Source: Lingula anatina (lineage: Eukaryota; Animalia; Brachiopoda). Taken from it: DNA of 64,000 bases. The translations under genes were made by a program, and so were the position numbers. The stretch spans positions 10,826,651 to 10,890,650 of the forward strand of contig CM120647.1 in assembly GCA_051362555.1 (NCBI GenBank), read 5' to 3'. The notes under the pieces were generated by a model that saw nothing but the letters and a program-made list of their open reading frames with translations, was not told where the DNA came from and did not search any database. Below are positions 59,385-64,000 of the stretch, in pieces (the stretch's first letter is position 1; each line of letters opens with the position of its first letter).

Positions 59385-60130
59385 ATGATGATAAATACAT
59401 TAATTGATTAAACAATGAAAACAAAGAATAATCATTTTTTTTCTCCAAATTTCAGTAGATATAATGATGTACTAGTACTTTTTTTTTTTTTTTTGCCTGA
59501 TAATGGTTTTAGCAAGAGAAAGAGACAGATCAGTGCGCACACCTACATTAATTTTTGAGTTTGCTCTGGGCCTAAGATTTGCCCTTTATTGATGATTATA
59601 ATTACAAAATTACACATTATTGATGCCTTCAGTAGTCTGTTCATATTCAGGAAATGGTGCTCCAAAAGGCTACTCTCATGATGTATAACATATTTGGTGT
59701 TTGAAAAAATATTGTTCTAATTGATTCAGCATGATAGTTTGCATTACAGTCTTATTTGAAAGTTCTGTGTCTGCCACAAAGTGTATAGAATTACAAGCTA
59801 ATGTAACTGCTATTGAATTTCTTTGCCTTGACTTCTATTATTTGCATATGATTAGGCCTCTTAAATCTTGGAGCAAACAAAATAATATTTGATGTGGTAC
59901 ACTTCATGTCATTTTAAATGAGAAAATATGCAATTAATCCTTCTTACTAGGATTACCATACCTGGGGATAGTTTCATATGATATAATATTATTGTGGATT
60001 TTCACTCTAAGTTTCCAAAGGGTTTTAATTTCTAAAGGGTTTTAGGTTGGCAATCAATTTCATGACATTATCGTTTGTGGATGAGGGAAACATTGTGGCA
60101 TTTACTATTAATGTTCTGGGGTTCAGCCCT

Positions 60131-60181
<51 letters not shown>

Positions 60182-60994
60182 ATTTTTATAAACCACCACA
60201 TGTTGGATGGTTGTCAGATGTGTACAAGTGTCTTGCAATGTTCTTATCTTTGAATTAATTATTTGTTGGTTTTCTAAGAAATTTTCAATTTTTGACAAAT
60301 GTAAGTCTTTAATTTTTAATTAACATGTTTGTCCCAGCTTCAGAGACTTATGTTAGTCTCTTTTTCAACCCGCTGCAACTAGAACTTTCAATTTCTGCTT
60401 GATTGTTGCTGCAGTGTGACTTAATTGAGCTTTATCCCTTTTATTATACTTTCACTTATCACACAGCAACTCATAATGCCAGCTTTAACACACGTTAGTG
60501 TTGATGTGTGTTTGTATGAAAAATATTGCTTCACTAAGGTGTTAATGGCACTGCTCTCAATCATTGACAATGTAGATTGATCTTGTACTGCAGGAAATGG
60601 TTATATAATTTTATGAGGTCTGTTTCATGTTCTTGTGTCAATGTGTTGAATGTTTAATGTCATTTGCTGCTAAATCTTAATGAAACATGATGAACTTCTG
60701 TTAATATGTAATATAACGTGTACATCAAATCCAAGTTAATGGAATGGACAAGCAAGATTTATGAGTAGGAGAAAATTGTTTTTTACCCCCAAGGAAAGTT
60801 TGTTTGTTTGGGAAAACCTCATATAAATTACCTTTAATGATATCAATGGTAACCATAGTATTAAGTAATTTTTTTCTCAATTTATTTTTCTTTCAGATAT
60901 CATTCCAAGAAAAATCCTAGCCAAGGAGTATTTATCTCAGCTCAATGGCGGTGCCTCCAGTGACGATGACGAAGATGTGGTGGTCCTAGACTGA
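57265..60994 (+). CDS. CHRAC1: Chromatin accessibility complex protein 1 (histone-fold, CHRAC15)
   Basis: Exons 57265-57399, 58153-58273 and 60897-60994 give ...LPLSRIKTIMKSSPDVSNISQDCLFLIAKAT|ELFVQDLA...VDYKDLAEIV...LEFLH|DIIPRKILAKEYL. Confidence 0.92.
59335..59382. repeat. (CA)n microsatellite
   Basis: About 23 CA units in a CHRAC1 intron. Confidence 0.9.
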
Positions 60995-62695
60995 GAAGTC
61001 TCCTAACGAAACCTTTTCCAGAGTCATAGAACTTACTTGTGACACGTCCTGATGTGGATATCATGGAGCTCATCTCAACTCATCAGATGGCAAACTTCAT
61101 GTAGTAGCACATGGGCTTGGACTAAAATTGCCCGTAGATGGAATGCAGTATCGTCATTGAGAATATTCATGGAACTCTCACCCAAAGCATCAGTCATGTC
61201 ATTGCACAGTGTCTGTTTCCTGTAACTGGGACTAAAGATGCCCAGGTGTAGAACTTCATTCCTTACACCATTTGCCACATTGCCAGGTTTGGCAGGGAGA
61301 GTTACGACTCAAATAATCTTAAAGAAAAAATGGGTTTTAGTTGTGGAATGATTCTGCCATAGCAGAAATACACAAGTTTACTCTTAACCTACATGAAAAC
61401 CTTGGAGCAAAAACAGCATTGAAGATATTTATGAATTTTTATATTTATGAGTTTTTTTACCCTAAAGTTCTACTGCAGTACCGATGTACTCATAATGCTG
61501 TGATCCAATAGCTGTGAATAGTGGCAGTGCTCTTGCCCCAAACTGGCACAGTACACGTAATCCACATCATTTATTCATGTTGTTTTCCAGTCTGTTTGTG
61601 ACAACATAGATTCTCAGACCGAGTGTGATGTAAAATATCCATGTGCATGTCCGGAAGGGAAGTCTGCAAAAAAAATTGTTGCCGTCTTTGCTGTCTTTGT
61701 CAGAGTATACGACATGATGTCATGATCTATTGTGTCTGGTTTAATAATGATGGATGATAATAAAGATAATGAATCATAATTGTTTATTTGGTACAAAAGG
61801 TACAGTTGTCTTTATTTTCACTACTGTTGATGATAACAATAATACAGGGGAATCTCTACCTTTGTGACAAAAGTACTATATAACATCTGTCAAATGAGGA
61901 TAGTTGTGTTTACTAGTTACGTTGATGACTCTGTTTTTTCAATGGGGAAGAATTATCAAATTTTCAGATACATGATTTCCAAATCATTAAAAATCATAGT
62001 TCTACAAAGCATATGTGGTGCTTTTGCTATATAGAATAGCACTAAAATGGAGCTTGCTTTTCCGTTTTTTTTTTTTTGTTTTTTTGTTTTTTTTTCTTGC
62101 AACCACTCAATCAGATTTTTCTCACTTTAAGAATTTATGACGGAAAATACACTATGTGTTAAATCAACAATTTTCCCCCTTAAAAAGATCAAGTCATTAC
62201 TGTAATCCATAGAGCAAATATACCTGGCAAATACCAGTGAATAAACAATGAATGTAATAAAAGTAAACGCTCATTTTACAATGTGCTAAACACCATATTC
62301 ACCGCAACGTGATAATCGTTGTTATGGTTCTTAGAAATGTCAGATGAGTTTTCACATCCTGTCGTGTAACATCAGGTGTGAAAGGAGCTAATTTTAGCCA
62401 TAATCCCACAGAAAAAGCAGAGCTCCGTAACTCGAAAGCATCGCGAATAGCGATATCACCTTTAATTTCGAGGCTCTCATATGGGGCGAGTATGGGTGAG
62501 TTCTGGAATCGAGACGCTTGCGCTCAGTCGCAATTTGCGTTGCTTTTGAGTTACGGGGCCCAGGACTGTTGTTTCAGAAAACTAGAAAAACACTAAGTTC
62601 AAACCACTTCCCAGGCAGCTCAGTTTCCATTATTTTTATTTTTAGTTATTATGGACTAATTAATCAAACAAACTAATTAAACAAAAAAATCATCG

Positions 62696-62767
62696 TTCCG
62701 ATACCGGGAATCGAACCCGGGCCGCCTGGATGAAAGCCAGGAATCCTAACCACTAGACCATATCGGA
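62696..62767 (-). tRNA. tRNA-Glu (TTC)
   Basis: Minus strand TCCGATATGGTCTAGTGGTTAGGATTCCTGGCTTTCATCCAGGCGGCCCGGGTTCGATTCCCGGTATCGGAA, 72 nt. Intact acceptor stem, anticodon arm CCTGG-CT TTC AT-CCAGG, A/B boxes, and a T7 Pol III terminator just downstream. Confidence 0.95.
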
Positions 62768-64000
62768 GCTCGTATTCTAAGGGGTTTTGTACCACATAAT
62801 AAAACTGAGGGTCTGTTCGTTACGGAAGCAAATACACACAGCAGTTAGGGAAGCAAATACGCACAACTGCTGGCATATAATTTTCTTCAAAACTGCAGAG
62901 AGTGGAAATTTAATTGCAATCCCTATAGAGAAGTTTTCTATTATTTCAAAAGTACGTGATCACTAGCCTCTGATATCACAGGGTCTATAGAAAAGTTTAC
63001 AAAATCGAAGGAGAGATACCATAATTTGTGATTGACTACAAGCGAGACCTTTGACTCACAGAGTACGTGACCAGTAGGCCTACAGCGCAGCGATTTGGTC
63101 AACAGCGGCTGGGAGTTTCAAGCAAACGCCTCTCTCCTTAATTTAGTTTAAGAATGGACCTTTGTTAAAAAAAAGAGAAAGAGAGAAAACATATAAGAAG
63201 GAAAGAGACAGAAAAAACGCCCCAAGGACCATCTGAACTGACCCAGCAATGGAACTGAATTTTGACATTTAAATCCAACTGAATCATTATATATTTGTAT
63301 CGAACAATGTAGGCTACTGAGTATCATCGACAGCTTCCATCTGGTGACAGTAATATGTTTCCTAAAAAATTATGACATATCTTATTTCAAAAACATAACT
63401 GTTGAGACAAAAAGAACAACGAACTCGAGACAATTGTTCAACGCGTCTTTGTTGAAGAACGCCTGGTCGATATCAAGGGCCACTTTGTTGTATAAATATC
63501 TTTATTGATACTCCGGTTTTTTATCATAATTCTATGTAATCATCTATTTCTGTAAAGGTAATTCTAATAAAGAAATATCAGTGACGCCACAAGTATTTTG
63601 GAGACAATGATCTAAAGTTTTCTCTATTCAACAACAAAATCAATTTAATGGTATCATAGGATGTTACCATGGCAACCAAAGGAGTGCTTATCAAAGCTAT
63701 ATCACAGATAAGTTTAGCAATTAGCGCATTACACTTTTTACCCATAAATCATTACCTTAGTGCTTCTCCATTGTTTAATCAATATGTAAAGGAAACAGCT
63801 GACAAAACTTATAAAACAAATAAGTTATGCTTTGATGTAGTTTCAATGGCTCTTATTTTAAGGCAAAAAACCCAAAGCCTTTCTTACAGGAACAATCGTT
63901 ACAAATATTAAATAAACGCCTTCCAGAGATAGGCATACAGATTCCATAACGGAATACTTCTACGCAGAAATACAATTTCACATCTTTCATAAGAACTGTT

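Noticed and set aside
62770-64000. CpG-richer region and 80-aa ORF at 63669-63911 near the window end
   Set aside because: No recognisable protein motif, splice structure or element termini could be established.

Overview
Intron-rich, AT-rich eukaryotic DNA from an invertebrate animal. The gene and transposon repertoire suggests a lophotrochozoan such as a mollusc, but that is inference. From left to right the window holds: the 3' end of a HELZ2-like SF1 RNA helicase; a multi-exon ZU5-UPA / Q-rich / death-like / CARD gene that may be spliced in frame to the helicase; NDUFV1(-), TUBGCP5(+), ZNF706(-), RCC1L(+), EEF1D(-) and CHRAC1(+), arranged as three head-to-head pairs; and a tRNA-Glu(TTC). 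Mobile DNA is abundant: two copies of a Helentron-type element carrying a 146-bp satellite, a 5'-truncated L2/CR1 LINE, CAG-ended TIR elements with 5, 6, 7 and 8 bp TSDs, a Kolobok-type element and palindromic MITEs, including a deeply nested stack in one ZNF706 intron. The most interesting signals are (1) a candidate invertebrate NLRP1/CARD8/PIDD-like sensor (FIIND-like ZU5-UPA + prion-like linker + DD + CARD), possibly fused to an RNA helicase, and (2) repeated tandem duplications that copy real splice sites together with exon edges in four housekeeping genes. All coordinates were read by eye and may be off by a few bases.
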